Below are positions 49,126 to 57,856 of a DNA stretch of 64,000 nucleotides, piece after piece (the stretch's first letter is position 1; each line of letters starts with the position of its first letter). Source of the DNA: Candidatus Methylopumilus sp. Its GTDB lineage: Bacteria > Pseudomonadota > Gammaproteobacteria > Burkholderiales > Methylophilaceae. A program made the translations under genes and the position numbers. Location: the NCBI GenBank assembly GCA_024640945.1, contig JAHEEA010000011.1, forward strand, positions 10,576 through 74,575. Direction: 5' to 3'. Under the pieces are notes generated by a model. The model saw nothing but the letters and a program-made list of their open reading frames with translations, had not been told where the DNA came from and searched no databases.

Positions 49126-49210
49126 GTTTGTAGGGTTTTAATCTTGAGTTAAAATAAATGCATAGTAGTCATCGTTATAACAATTAAAGTAAAAATACGA
49201 GGAGATTAAT

Positions 49211-49726
49211 ATGCAAAGACAATTAATTTTAGTATCGGCTTTGACGCTGGCCTTGCTTGCTAGCTGCTCTGGAAAGACTTCCGGCGATAGCTCTGCTAGC
49301 GGTGATTCAGTCAAATTTGTAACAACTCAAGATGGCTCAGCGATGGAAATTAAATCTGAGTTATTTGATACGCCAGCCGCTAAGGAATTTTTGGCGACAG
49401 GTAAGAATAGTTATGTTGGTAATGCCGATGCGGTTACCGCGGGTAAAAAGCTGTTTCAAATGTATTCATGCACACAATGTCACGGTGGTGATGCTGGTGG
49501 TCAAACTGGTCCAAGTTTGCATGGTCCAGACTTCAAGTATGCTAAAGATGCTACAAACAAAGGAATGTTTGAGACGATTTGGCACGGAACAAATGGTGGT
49601 ATGGGGGCAAAAGGTAAAGGTTTGATGGATCCGTCAGATCCATCAAATGGTTTAATGCCTGATGACGTATTAAAAATTCAGGCGTGGGTGCGTAGTCATA
49701 ACGAAAAACTCACAGGTAACGAATAA
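49211..49726 (+). CDS. Lipid-anchored paralogue of the XoxG-like c-type cytochrome
   Basis: Lipobox LLASC, CTQCH (49469-49483), and extended similarity to the preceding cytochrome (SCTQCHGG.AGGQTGPS...KGMFETI..G.NGGM). Confidence 0.75.
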   Translation: MQRQLILVSALTLALLASCSGKTSGDSSASGDSVKFVTTQDGSAMEIKSELFDTPAAKEFLATGKNSYVGNADAVTAGKKLFQMYSCTQCHGGDAGGQTGPSLHGPDFKYAKDATNKGMFETIWHGTNGGMGAKGKGLMDPSDPSNGLMPDDVLKIQAWVRSHNEKLTGNE

Positions 49727-49753
49727 ACGTATTAATTTAATTAAGGTAATTTC

Positions 49754-51097
49754 ATGAAATTTAAGAAAAGCTCAATCAATAAACCAAAGCTTCACCAAGT
49801 AGTCATTGTTGGCGGTGGTGCTGGTGGACTTGAACTTGCGACTCGCTTAGGGGATAAGCTAGGACGTAAATGTAAGGCTGAGATTACCTTGATTGATCGT
49901 ACTAGAACGCATGTTTGGAAGCCTTTGTTGCATGAAATTGCAGCAGGTAGTATGAATCCGGATAAGCATGAGCTGGAATATCTAGCCCAAGCACATTGGC
50001 ATCATTTCAATTTCCGCTTGGGTGAAATGGATGGCTTGGATAGAACTAAAAAAGAAGTTTATATCAGTGCCAATTACGATGAGGATGGTGAAGAGATTAT
50101 TCCGCGTCGCACTATTCCCTACGATACGCTTATCATCGCAGTAGGAAGCACTACTAATGATTTTGGTGTTAAAGGCGCACGTGAAAACTCAATTGCTTTG
50201 GATACACAAGACCAAGCCGAGCGTTTTCATCGTAGACTTCATAACGCACTAGTAAGAGCACAAACGCAAGTTGGCCCTGTTAATGCCGGTCAATTAGAAG
50301 TAGTTATTGTGGGCGCTGGTGCGACGGGTGTTGAGTTATCAGCTGAATTGCATAATACAACACGGGAATTGGCTGCTTATGGCTTAGATAAAATTGATCC
50401 TGATAAAGATGTTCGGATTTCATTAATTGAGGCGTCAGATCGTGTATTGCCAGCGTTACCACCCAATTTGTCTAAGGCGGTCGATCTGGAATTGCGTAAG
50501 CTACGCGTACACGTCTATGCAGGCGAGCGCGTAACTGAGGTAAGTGATAAAGGTATTCATACGCATACAGGACGGTTTATTCCATCAGAGTTGGTAGTTT
50601 GGGCTGCTGGGATTAAAGCGCCTGATTTCTTGAATGGTTTAGATGGGTTGGAAAGTAACCGTATCAATCAGCTAGTTGTACATCGTACTTTACAGACAAC
50701 GATGGACACGGATGTATTTGCGTTTGGTGATTGTGCTGCATGCCCGATGGAGGGTACTGATCAGAACGTACCGCCACGTGCACAATCAGCGCATCAGCAA
50801 GCCTCGATGTTGGTTAAAACAATTAAATTGCGCGTACAAGGTAAAACAAACTTACCTAAATATACTTATCGAGACTATGGCTCATTAGTGAATTTAGGTC
50901 GTTACTCTACCGTTGGTAGTTTGATGGGTTCGGTTTCTGGCGGCACAATGTTTGTAGAGGGTATGTTTGCAAGGCTTATGTATCAATCTCTTTATCAAAT
51001 GCATTTGATGGCGCTACATGGCTTCTTTAGTGTGTTCTTGCAGATGTTGGCACGTTTGATTACACGTAGAACAGAACCCCACGTTAAATTGCATTAA
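49754..51097 (+). CDS. ndh: Type II NADH:quinone oxidoreductase (NDH-2)
   Basis: Two Rossmann motifs VIVGGGAGG and VIVGAGATG; 447 aa with a C-terminal amphipathic membrane-association region. Confidence 0.88.
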   Translation: MKFKKSSINKPKLHQVVIVGGGAGGLELATRLGDKLGRKCKAEITLIDRTRTHVWKPLLHEIAAGSMNPDKHELEYLAQAHWHHFNFRLGEMDGLDRTKKEVYISANYDEDGEEIIPRRTIPYDTLIIAVGSTTNDFGVKGARENSIALDTQDQAERFHRRLHNALVRAQTQVGPVNAGQLEVVIVGAGATGVELSAELHNTTRELAAYGLDKIDPDKDVRISLIEASDRVLPALPPNLSKAVDLELRKLRVHVYAGERVTEVSDKGIHTHTGRFIPSELVVWAAGIKAPDFLNGLDGLESNRINQLVVHRTLQTTMDTDVFAFGDCAACPMEGTDQNVPPRAQSAHQQASMLVKTIKLRVQGKTNLPKYTYRDYGSLVNLGRYSTVGSLMGSVSGGTMFVEGMFARLMYQSLYQMHLMALHGFFSVFLQMLARLITRRTEPHVKLH

Positions 51098-51114
51098 GCG
51101 ATATTTTGAACAAT

Positions 51115-51143
51115 AAAAAAGCCTAGCGATGCTAGGCTTTTTT
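51115..51143. terminator. Bidirectional terminator between convergent ndh and lplT
   Basis: A6-gcctagc-gat-gctaggc-T6. Confidence 0.85.
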
Positions 51144-51155
51144 ATTGTTCATTAT

Positions 51156-52325
51156 TTATTTTGCTTGTAAATGGTGTCTGTAGAGTTGGTTAATTGCCGT
51201 CATGCTAAGTATGACAAATAGACCGAAGATAACCACGATATGATTGATATGAATGTTCGCTTTTACCATTAGAGTATAAGCACCGCTCACCAATAAAATA
51301 CCTAAGTTTTCGTTGAAGTTTTGAACGGCAATCGAATGCCCAGCACCAATTAGTAAATGTCCGCGATGTTGTAGAAGTGCATTGAGTGGTACGACAAAGA
51401 ATCCGCTCAATACGCCAATCCCGAATAGCAATCCAGCAGCAAGATGCCATTCTTTAATGAAGACCATAATAATGACAACAAAGCCCATTAGGATGCCTGC
51501 TGGCATGACTTTAATAGAGTTTTCTAAGCTGATGTAACGTGCGGCAATGACTGAGCCTAGCGCAATGCCTAAAGCGACCCATGCAGTGAGCTGAGTTGCA
51601 AGGTCAAGGCCAAAGCCTAATGCAATGCCTGCCCAAGCAATGACTACTAATCTAAGTGTGGCGCCTGCACCCCAAAATAATGTGGTGACTGCTAATGAAA
51701 CTTGACCCTGAGGATCGCGCCATAAAGTGAAGAACGATTTATAGAAATCAATCATCATACAGATTGGATTTTTATTCTTAATTTCATGCTCAATAGGCAT
51801 TCTAGGAATAAAAGTATTGAAGGCTGCAGCGACAAGATATAAAGAAGTAATAACAATCATCGCCATTTGCGTATTGATGCTCGCAAGATGGCCGCCAAAG
51901 ATTGCACCAAGAATAATAGCAATCACGGTTGAGCCTTCCATCCAGCCATTCGCACTCACTAATTTACTCGGAGGTAAAAGCTCTGTAAGAATGCCGTATT
52001 TTGCAGGTGAGTAAGCGGCAGCACCTATCCCAACAATTCCATAAGCATAAAGTGGAGGCATACCAAAAAGCATGGCCAGGCTGCCAAAGAACTTAATGCC
52101 ATTAGAAATGAACATCACACGACCCTTTGGAAGGGCGTCAGCGAACGATCCTACAAACGGTGCTAGTACGATGTATGAAATGACAAAAAACTGCAGCAAT
52201 AGCGGTTTATGCCAGTTTGGCGATTGCATCTCTTGCAGTAAGGCAATCGCCGCGAAGAGCAAAGCATTATCTGCAAGCGCTGATAAAAACTGAGCAGCCA
52301 GTAAAACGTAAAAGCCTTTGGTCAT
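51156..52325 (-). CDS. lplT: Lysophospholipid transporter LplT (MFS)
   Basis: N-terminus FYVLLAAQFLSALADNALLFAAIALL typical of LplT; 12 TM helices. Confidence 0.78.
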   Translation of the reverse strand: MTKGFYVLLAAQFLSALADNALLFAAIALLQEMQSPNWHKPLLLQFFVISYIVLAPFVGSFADALPKGRVMFISNGIKFFGSLAMLFGMPPLYAYGIVGIGAAAYSPAKYGILTELLPPSKLVSANGWMEGSTVIAIILGAIFGGHLASINTQMAMIVITSLYLVAAAFNTFIPRMPIEHEIKNKNPICMMIDFYKSFFTLWRDPQGQVSLAVTTLFWGAGATLRLVVIAWAGIALGFGLDLATQLTAWVALGIALGSVIAARYISLENSIKVMPAGILMGFVVIIMVFIKEWHLAAGLLFGIGVLSGFFVVPLNALLQHRGHLLIGAGHSIAVQNFNENLGILLVSGAYTLMVKANIHINHIVVIFGLFVILSMTAINQLYRHHLQAK

Positions 52326-52329
52326 CTAG

Positions 52330-53727
52330 TTATAAAATTTCTGCAGCAAAGTCTGCTAATCGTGAACGCTCACCGCGCATAAGTGTAACGTGACCATTAT
52401 GGCCCCAACCCTTAAATCTATCCACTACATAAGTTAACCCTGAACTGCCTTCAGTCAGATAAGGAGTATCAATTTGTGCAATATTACCTAGACAAACAAC
52501 TTTTGTCCCAGGGCCTGCGCGGGTGATAAGCGTTTTCATTTGTTTAGGTGTTAGGTTTTGAGCTTCATCAATAATTAGAAACTTGTTTAAAAACGTACGA
52601 CCACGCATAAAGTTAAGTGATTTGATTTTGAGACGGCTACGAACCAAATCTTGGGTGACGGCACGACCCCATTCCCCAACATTTTCATCTGATTGATTTA
52701 AGACATCCAAATTATCTTCTAATGCACCCATCCACGGCGCCATTTTCTCTTCCTCAGTACCTGGTAAGAATCCAATATCTTCACCAACTGAAATAGTGAC
52801 GCGGGTCATAATGATTTCACTGTAGATTTTTTTATCTAATGTTTGGGTAAGCGCGGCTGCAAGGGTTAATAATGTCTTACCACTACCCGCCTGGCCAAGT
52901 AATGAAACAAAATCTATATCAGGATCCATCAGCAGGTTAAATGCGAAATTTTGTTCTCGATTGCGTGCTGCAATACCCCAAACATTATGTTTAACTTGTG
53001 TGTAGTCTTTAATAATTTCGAGAATAGCAGTCTTGCCTTCGACGTTTCTTACAATCGCTTCAAATGGTTTTTCGTAAGCATAAAAAACAAATTCATTGAT
53101 AAGAAACGATTGGCAAAGCGGGCCTGTAATTCTATAAAACATGCGTCCTGCATCTTGCCAAGACTCCATCGCTTTACTGTGCTGATCCCAGAAGTTTTCT
53201 GGTAGTTCTTTAATACCGCTATATAGAAGCTCGCTGTCTTCCAATACTTTATCATTGAAATAATCTTCAGCAGGAACACTTAAAGCACGTGCTTTAATTC
53301 GAATGTTGATGTCTTTGCTGACGAGAATGACTTGGCGGTCAGGATGTTTTTTTTGTAGGGATAGTACGACACCTAGAATCTGATTATCGGCCTTGCTACC
53401 CGCTAACATCGGGAGGTTAAAATCAACTGCATCCGTTTGTAAGAATAGACGGCCGCTGACATGTTTATTGCCTTTAATGGAAAGCGGGCAGCCTTCATCG
53501 AGATTCGTTAAGTTAGCACCCACTATCTCTTCTAGATTTCTACTAGCTTGACGAGCGTTGCGGGCAACTTCGGTAATGCCTTTTTTATTGTTATCAAGTT
53601 CCTCGAGCGTGACCATCGGTAGATAGATGTCGTGCTCTTCAAAACGAAACAAACTAGAGGGGTCATGCATCAGAACATTGGTATCAAGCACAAACAATTT
53701 TTTATCATTCGCTTGTTTCTTTGCCAT
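52330..53727 (-). CDS. PIN-domain/PhoH-like ATPase fusion (PhoH2/YlaK type)
   Basis: N-terminal PIN (FVLDTNVLMHD), Walker A GQAGSGKT, Walker B LIIDEAQN, PhoH C-terminal region. Confidence 0.85.
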   Translation of the reverse strand: MAKKQANDKKLFVLDTNVLMHDPSSLFRFEEHDIYLPMVTLEELDNNKKGITEVARNARQASRNLEEIVGANLTNLDEGCPLSIKGNKHVSGRLFLQTDAVDFNLPMLAGSKADNQILGVVLSLQKKHPDRQVILVSKDINIRIKARALSVPAEDYFNDKVLEDSELLYSGIKELPENFWDQHSKAMESWQDAGRMFYRITGPLCQSFLINEFVFYAYEKPFEAIVRNVEGKTAILEIIKDYTQVKHNVWGIAARNREQNFAFNLLMDPDIDFVSLLGQAGSGKTLLTLAAALTQTLDKKIYSEIIMTRVTISVGEDIGFLPGTEEEKMAPWMGALEDNLDVLNQSDENVGEWGRAVTQDLVRSRLKIKSLNFMRGRTFLNKFLIIDEAQNLTPKQMKTLITRAGPGTKVVCLGNIAQIDTPYLTEGSSGLTYVVDRFKGWGHNGHVTLMRGERSRLADFAAEIL

Positions 53728-53751
53728 TACATGAACTCCCTTTAAGGTTAA

Positions 53752-54207
53752 TTAAAGTGTGCGTACAAAATCTAAAACTTCAGGAATGTGGCCATCAACT
53801 TTTACGCCTCGCCATTCGCGAACAAGCTCACCTTTTGTATTAATAACAAAGGTACTGCGTTCAATGCCGCGGACTTCTTTGCCGTACATCTTTTTCATTT
53901 TGATGACATTGAATAGATGGCAGGCAAGCTCTTCGCTGTCTGACAAAAGCTCAAATGGGAATTCAAATTTAGCTTTGAAATTTTCATGTGATTTGAGACT
54001 GTCGCGAGAAATGCCAACAACTTCAACATTCGCTTTTTGAAATTCAGGGTAAAAATCTCGGAATTGTTGACCTTGAGTGGTGCAGCCAGGGGTCGAGTCT
54101 TTAGGATAAAAATAAATCACTAAATTCTTACCACGTTGTTCGGAAAGTATAAAAGTTTTACCACTAGTAGAGGGGAGGGTGAAGTCTTGGATTGTTTGAT
54201 TAGTCAT
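53752..54207 (-). CDS. bcp: Thiol peroxidase Bcp (peroxiredoxin)
   Basis: FYPKDSTPGCTTQ peroxidatic Cys motif. ATG 54207 is preferred over the GTG at 54222. Confidence 0.9.
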   Translation of the reverse strand: MTNQTIQDFTLPSTSGKTFILSEQRGKNLVIYFYPKDSTPGCTTQGQQFRDFYPEFQKANVEVVGISRDSLKSHENFKAKFEFPFELLSDSEELACHLFNVIKMKKMYGKEVRGIERSTFVINTKGELVREWRGVKVDGHIPEVLDFVRTL

Positions 54208-54355
54208 GATGTTTAAAAGCACTCTATTGTAGTCATTGTTGTAAAAAATAAAGAGAAACGCAAGTAGCTTTTATGAAGATTATATTAAGTTTACATAAGT
54301 TCACTTTTTAATTTAAATGTATGCGTTTAATAGCATCCACTCGAAAAACTCTAAC

Positions 54356-55057
54356 CTATTCGAGTCTAAATGAAACAGGCACTAAAACATTAAATGGTTT
54401 TGATCTTAAAGCGGCAGGTGGCATTGGAAATGGCGATGCTTTTTTCACCATTTCTAAAGCTTGTTTGTCTAATGACTCAAAACCACTAGAAGTGTGAATC
54501 TTGGTAGATAGCACATTACCGCTGCCATCAATTTGAATGTCTACTGCAACATCACCTTGCCAGCCTCGCATTTGTGCGATTTTTGGATATTGCTTGTGCT
54601 TAGCAATTTCACGACTGAGCAAACTTCCGTATTGGTTACGAGAAGTGTCAATTTCTTCTTGATTAACGGTTACCGGTTTTGGTGGTTCAGGCGGTGGTGG
54701 TGGCGCTGTAACCGTTGGTTTTACTTCTGCTTTTGGTGCCGCAGCCATTACCGGTGGTGGAGGCTCCGCAACAGTCTCAGGACTCACTTTTTTCTCAACC
54801 ACTGGTTGAGGTTTCGGTATGACTTTAGGAATTGGTTTAGGCTCAACTTTAGGTTTAACGGGTTCTTGTTTTGGTTGAGGTTCTTGTACTGGCGTTGGTT
54901 GAGAAATCTCTACAGTCAGCACTTTTGGCGGTTCAAGCGGATCTTGATTAAATCTTGGCAGGTTAATCAGCGCGGCCAAATGCATAGCAATTGATAAGCA
55001 TAAAGCCCATGTGAATGCATGTTCGCGGTTGAATAAGCGTGAAGAGTAAGCGGCCAA
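54356..55057 (-). CDS. tonB: TonB-family energy transducer
   Basis: N-terminal TM anchor, Pro/Lys/Glu-rich rigid spacer, C-terminal TonB domain (YP..A...G.EG.V.V...I...G.V). TTG start. Confidence 0.8.
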   Translation of the reverse strand: MAAYSSRLFNREHAFTWALCLSIAMHLAALINLPRFNQDPLEPPKVLTVEISQPTPVQEPQPKQEPVKPKVEPKPIPKVIPKPQPVVEKKVSPETVAEPPPPVMAAAPKAEVKPTVTAPPPPPEPPKPVTVNQEEIDTSRNQYGSLLSREIAKHKQYPKIAQMRGWQGDVAVDIQIDGSGNVLSTKIHTSSGFESLDKQALEMVKKASPFPMPPAALRSKPFNVLVPVSFRLE

Positions 55058-55156
55058 AATTAAAAATGAAGCTAGATTAGTTGTTTGTTAATTGAATTAA
55101 ATTTGACGGTAATTATACATGATGCTTAATGCTTGCTATCGTTTTGTAAAGCTTGG

Positions 55157-56077
55157 CTACTCCCATTCGAGGCTGGGATAAATGTTATTCACATTGCGAC
55201 GATTTACAATATCAAAAAGTTGCCAATAGCTACGTTCTGAAGCTGCTGCGGTCGACATCGCTTTTTCCATCACTTCGCCTTTTTTAATACTGGCGCGAAT
55301 ATCATTGAGCAGCGTCCATAAATAGCGTTCTTCATTATTGAGTTGCTGTTTCCAGTTGCTATCTTTAAGTATGCTGCTATGCCCTGGAATTGCATTCTCT
55401 GCTTCATGGACTTTGAGTTCATTAATGACAGATAACCATCCTTTAATGTCACCATCAATTGATGGTGTGCGTTCAACAAATAGCAAATCTCCTGTCCATA
55501 GCGTTGAGCTTTTATTATCAAACACGGTTAAGTCTGTATTGGTATGGGCTGTCGGATATGAGGTAAGTAATAGCGTTCTATCACCCAGTTCCAATTTAAG
55601 CGTGCCTTTTACTAAAGCACTAGGCTTGACGATTTCGCTCCCTGCAAATGCATCTCCAAGCCACTGTTGATTAATGCGAAGATAGTTCTCGCGGCGGCGC
55701 TCCATGGCGTCAGGAAGCTTCTCGTGGCCAACAAAAATTGGTTTGTCTTGAAGGAATGCCGCATTCCCAAAAATATGGTCAGGATGCACATGCGTATTAA
55801 TGACATAAAGAATAGGTAGGGATGATACTTTTCGAATCGCTTCATGAAGTTGCTGACCAACTTTCAAACTGCCACCGGTATCAATGACGGCAATACCTTT
55901 GCTGCCAACAATGAAGCTTATATTGCAAATATCACCATGGTAATTTTCAGATAAGTCTTCATGCACTCCGTGGTGAACGTAAATGTCATGGTCTAGCGCT
56001 TCCATTTGTAATGGTGCAGCTTTAACTAAGCAACAAGTGAGTGTAAAAACAAAACCCAATAAGATACGTAGTGACAT
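55157..56077 (-). CDS. Exported metallo-beta-lactamase-fold zinc hydrolase (SoxH-like; quinoprotein-relay-type suspected)
   Basis: Signal peptide. THVHPDH (HxHxDH), later His (PTAHT), Asp (TGDLLF) and His (IPGHSS) ligands. Subfamily assignment is from memory of family descriptions only. Confidence 0.7.
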   Translation of the reverse strand: MSLRILLGFVFTLTCCLVKAAPLQMEALDHDIYVHHGVHEDLSENYHGDICNISFIVGSKGIAVIDTGGSLKVGQQLHEAIRKVSSLPILYVINTHVHPDHIFGNAAFLQDKPIFVGHEKLPDAMERRRENYLRINQQWLGDAFAGSEIVKPSALVKGTLKLELGDRTLLLTSYPTAHTNTDLTVFDNKSSTLWTGDLLFVERTPSIDGDIKGWLSVINELKVHEAENAIPGHSSILKDSNWKQQLNNEERYLWTLLNDIRASIKKGEVMEKAMSTAAASERSYWQLFDIVNRRNVNNIYPSLEWE

Positions 56078-56106
56078 GAGGAATTCCTAAATTTGAGCGG
56101 TATTTA

Positions 56107-56122
56107 TAAAATCATGATTTTA
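56107..56122. promoter_or_regulatory. 16-bp perfect palindrome TAAAATCATGATTTTA, candidate operator (Fur-family-like)
   Basis: Lies in the divergent MBL/cytochrome b561 promoter region. Shares the 13-mer AAATCATGATTTT with the site at 57795-57807. Confidence 0.45.
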
Positions 56123-56202
56123 ATGATGCGAGATTAATAGCCTAGCGCTATATAATAGCCCTGAGTGATTAGCTTAATCATACATGAGAACTAGGAGATA
56201 AG

Positions 56203-56826
56203 ATGAATAACAATCAGTACACCAAAACCGCCATTTTTTTACATTGGTTCATTGGTTTGGCAATTTTTGCGATGTTTGCGCTAGGTTGGTATATGGCAGA
56301 GTTGCCTAAAGATGCTCCTAAAGCCTTATCTTTTGATTTGTTTGATTTGGGCCTTTTTAATTGGCAAATGGCTGAAGAAGTTTCACCAAGAACATTTTAT
56401 TTTAATCTGCATAAATCAATCGGTATCACCTTATTGGCGTTGATTGTATTCCGTTTGGTTTGGCGCATCATGCATCGCCCACCTGCTTTACTCGAAAGTA
56501 TGTCAGCGGTCGAAAAGAAAATTTCAACAGCAGTTCATCATTTCTTGTATTTATTGATGTTTGCTTTGCCTATCAGTGGTGTGGCAATGGCGATTTGCAG
56601 TAAATATGGTTTGAAATGGTTTGGTGTTGCCTTAGTTGCAGGCTTAGATAGTGCTGCTTGCCGTGACTTTTATAAAGAAACCCATGAGGTTCTCGGTGTA
56701 GTGTTGTTGGTGTTGATTGCAGTTCACGTATTAGGTGCTCTAAAACATCAATTCATTCTTAAAGATGAAACAATGAGCCGTATGTCACCTTGTAAACTTT
56801 GGAATAATTGTTGCAAAAAGAAGTAA
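56203..56826 (+). CDS. Cytochrome b561-family di-haem membrane protein
   Basis: TAIFLHWFIGLAIFAMF with a conserved His in each of four TM helices. AGGAG RBS. Unusual Cys-rich tail SPCKLWNNCCKKK. Confidence 0.82.
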   Translation: MNNNQYTKTAIFLHWFIGLAIFAMFALGWYMAELPKDAPKALSFDLFDLGLFNWQMAEEVSPRTFYFNLHKSIGITLLALIVFRLVWRIMHRPPALLESMSAVEKKISTAVHHFLYLLMFALPISGVAMAICSKYGLKWFGVALVAGLDSAACRDFYKETHEVLGVVLLVLIAVHVLGALKHQFILKDETMSRMSPCKLWNNCCKKK

Positions 56827-56838
56827 CGAGATCTGAAT

Positions 56839-56868
56839 AAAAAAGGGCGCTTAATGCGCCCTTTTTTT
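56839..56868. terminator. Bidirectional terminator between convergent genes
   Basis: A6-gggcgc-ttaat-gcgccc-T7. Confidence 0.85.
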
Positions 56869-56884
56869 ATTGATTAAGAGGTGC

Positions 56885-57673
56885 TTAACGCACTTCTGTT
56901 TGTTGGCTAAACTCTTTACCTTCGTTGTCTGTTGCCTTTACTGCCAAGACACCTGGAGCTTTTGGAGTAAAGTTGAAGCGGAAGTAAGGATCTTCACTGG
57001 TGCCTACACCTATATCCACATCCATCACTTTTTCATTGTTATAAGTAAAAGCCGCTTTTTGAATGTAAAAAGCTGGTACAAAGCCTTGAGAAACCAAGTC
57101 GCGTTGTAAGCCGGTACGCATTGGGTGCTTAATCATAAAAGTGGTTTGCGTTGCCTCACCCAATTTCACTGGGCTTTCGACATTCAATTTGATTTTCCCA
57201 GCTGCAGCGCGAATCTCTTTTTCATCGCCATCTACAGTGCCGCCACATCCGCCAGCAGCGCGGATTTCAACTGAAGCTAAATACAATTTGCCATCAGCAG
57301 TTTCACCGACAGCACGAATGTATGAATCCATTTCCATGCGGATACGTGTTGATAACTTAAATTTACCAAGTTTGTCAGTGAGATGGTAAGTCGCTGTCAG
57401 TGGAATAGGGTTTGAATCCACTAATAGATAAATGGTTTTGATCGCATTAGCATCAGCTTGCGTTTGGTCTACCATCATTTCTAGAGGTACTTGCGCGCCA
57501 CTTTCTGCTCTGCGCGGTGCGGTAAAGCTAATGAAAGGCGCCTCTGCCATAGGGCGATCACCAAAGAAGCTTTCCCTCACTACTGGCCATTTCTTAGGAT
57601 CTGATTCAGCTGATGCTAGATTGCTGAACGCCATGAAGCTTAAACAGCCAATCAATAAGGTACGTTTAAACAT
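56885..57673 (-). CDS. Periplasmic SoxY-SoxZ fusion protein (SoxYZ-like sulfur/substrate carrier)
   Basis: Signal peptide. SoxY-like N-domain ending in AAGGCGG (Cys codon at 57245-57247). SoxZ-like C-domain with IKHPMRTGLQRD. AGGAG RBS. Confidence 0.75.
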   Translation of the reverse strand: MFKRTLLIGCLSFMAFSNLASAESDPKKWPVVRESFFGDRPMAEAPFISFTAPRRAESGAQVPLEMMVDQTQADANAIKTIYLLVDSNPIPLTATYHLTDKLGKFKLSTRIRMEMDSYIRAVGETADGKLYLASVEIRAAGGCGGTVDGDEKEIRAAAGKIKLNVESPVKLGEATQTTFMIKHPMRTGLQRDLVSQGFVPAFYIQKAAFTYNNEKVMDVDIGVGTSEDPYFRFNFTPKAPGVLAVKATDNEGKEFSQQTEVR

Positions 57674-57794
57674 GATTTCTCCTTGAATACTTTTTATTTT
57701 ACTTATCAGATAAGAATACTTGATTTGTGCATTAGTTCAAGGCTGATTAAAAGTTAATTACTGTTTTTCTGAAGATATTGTCATATTTTGTTAC

Positions 57795-57814
57795 AAATCA
57801 TGATTTTCATTATG
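57795..57814. promoter_or_regulatory. Palindrome AAATCATGATTT plus flank, candidate Fur-like operator upstream of the TonB-dependent receptor
   Basis: 12-bp perfect palindrome at 57795-57806. AATCATGATTTTCATTATG (57796-57814) matches GATAATGATAATCATTATC at 14 of 19 positions by hand alignment. Confidence 0.4.
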
Positions 57815-57856
57815 GCTTACTGATGCCTAAGTCATTAGTATTCACGCTTCTAAAAA

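Noticed and set aside
52330-53727. PIN-PhoH protein as a toxin-antitoxin or defence module
   Set aside because: It is a single-gene PhoH2/YlaK-type fusion with no partner antitoxin or neighbouring defence genes. It is flanked by housekeeping lplT and bcp, and the family is widely conserved.
54533-54994. 153-aa Trp/Arg-rich ORF on the plus strand
   Set aside because: It is the antisense reading of the Pro/Lys-rich TonB spacer (CCN/AAR codons read as NGG/YTT), a compositional artefact.
57702-57712. TTATC-A-GATAA palindrome upstream of the SoxYZ-like gene as a second operator
   Set aside because: It is only a 5-1-5 dyad in AT-rich DNA and has no second copy elsewhere in the cluster, so it is too weak to report as a site.
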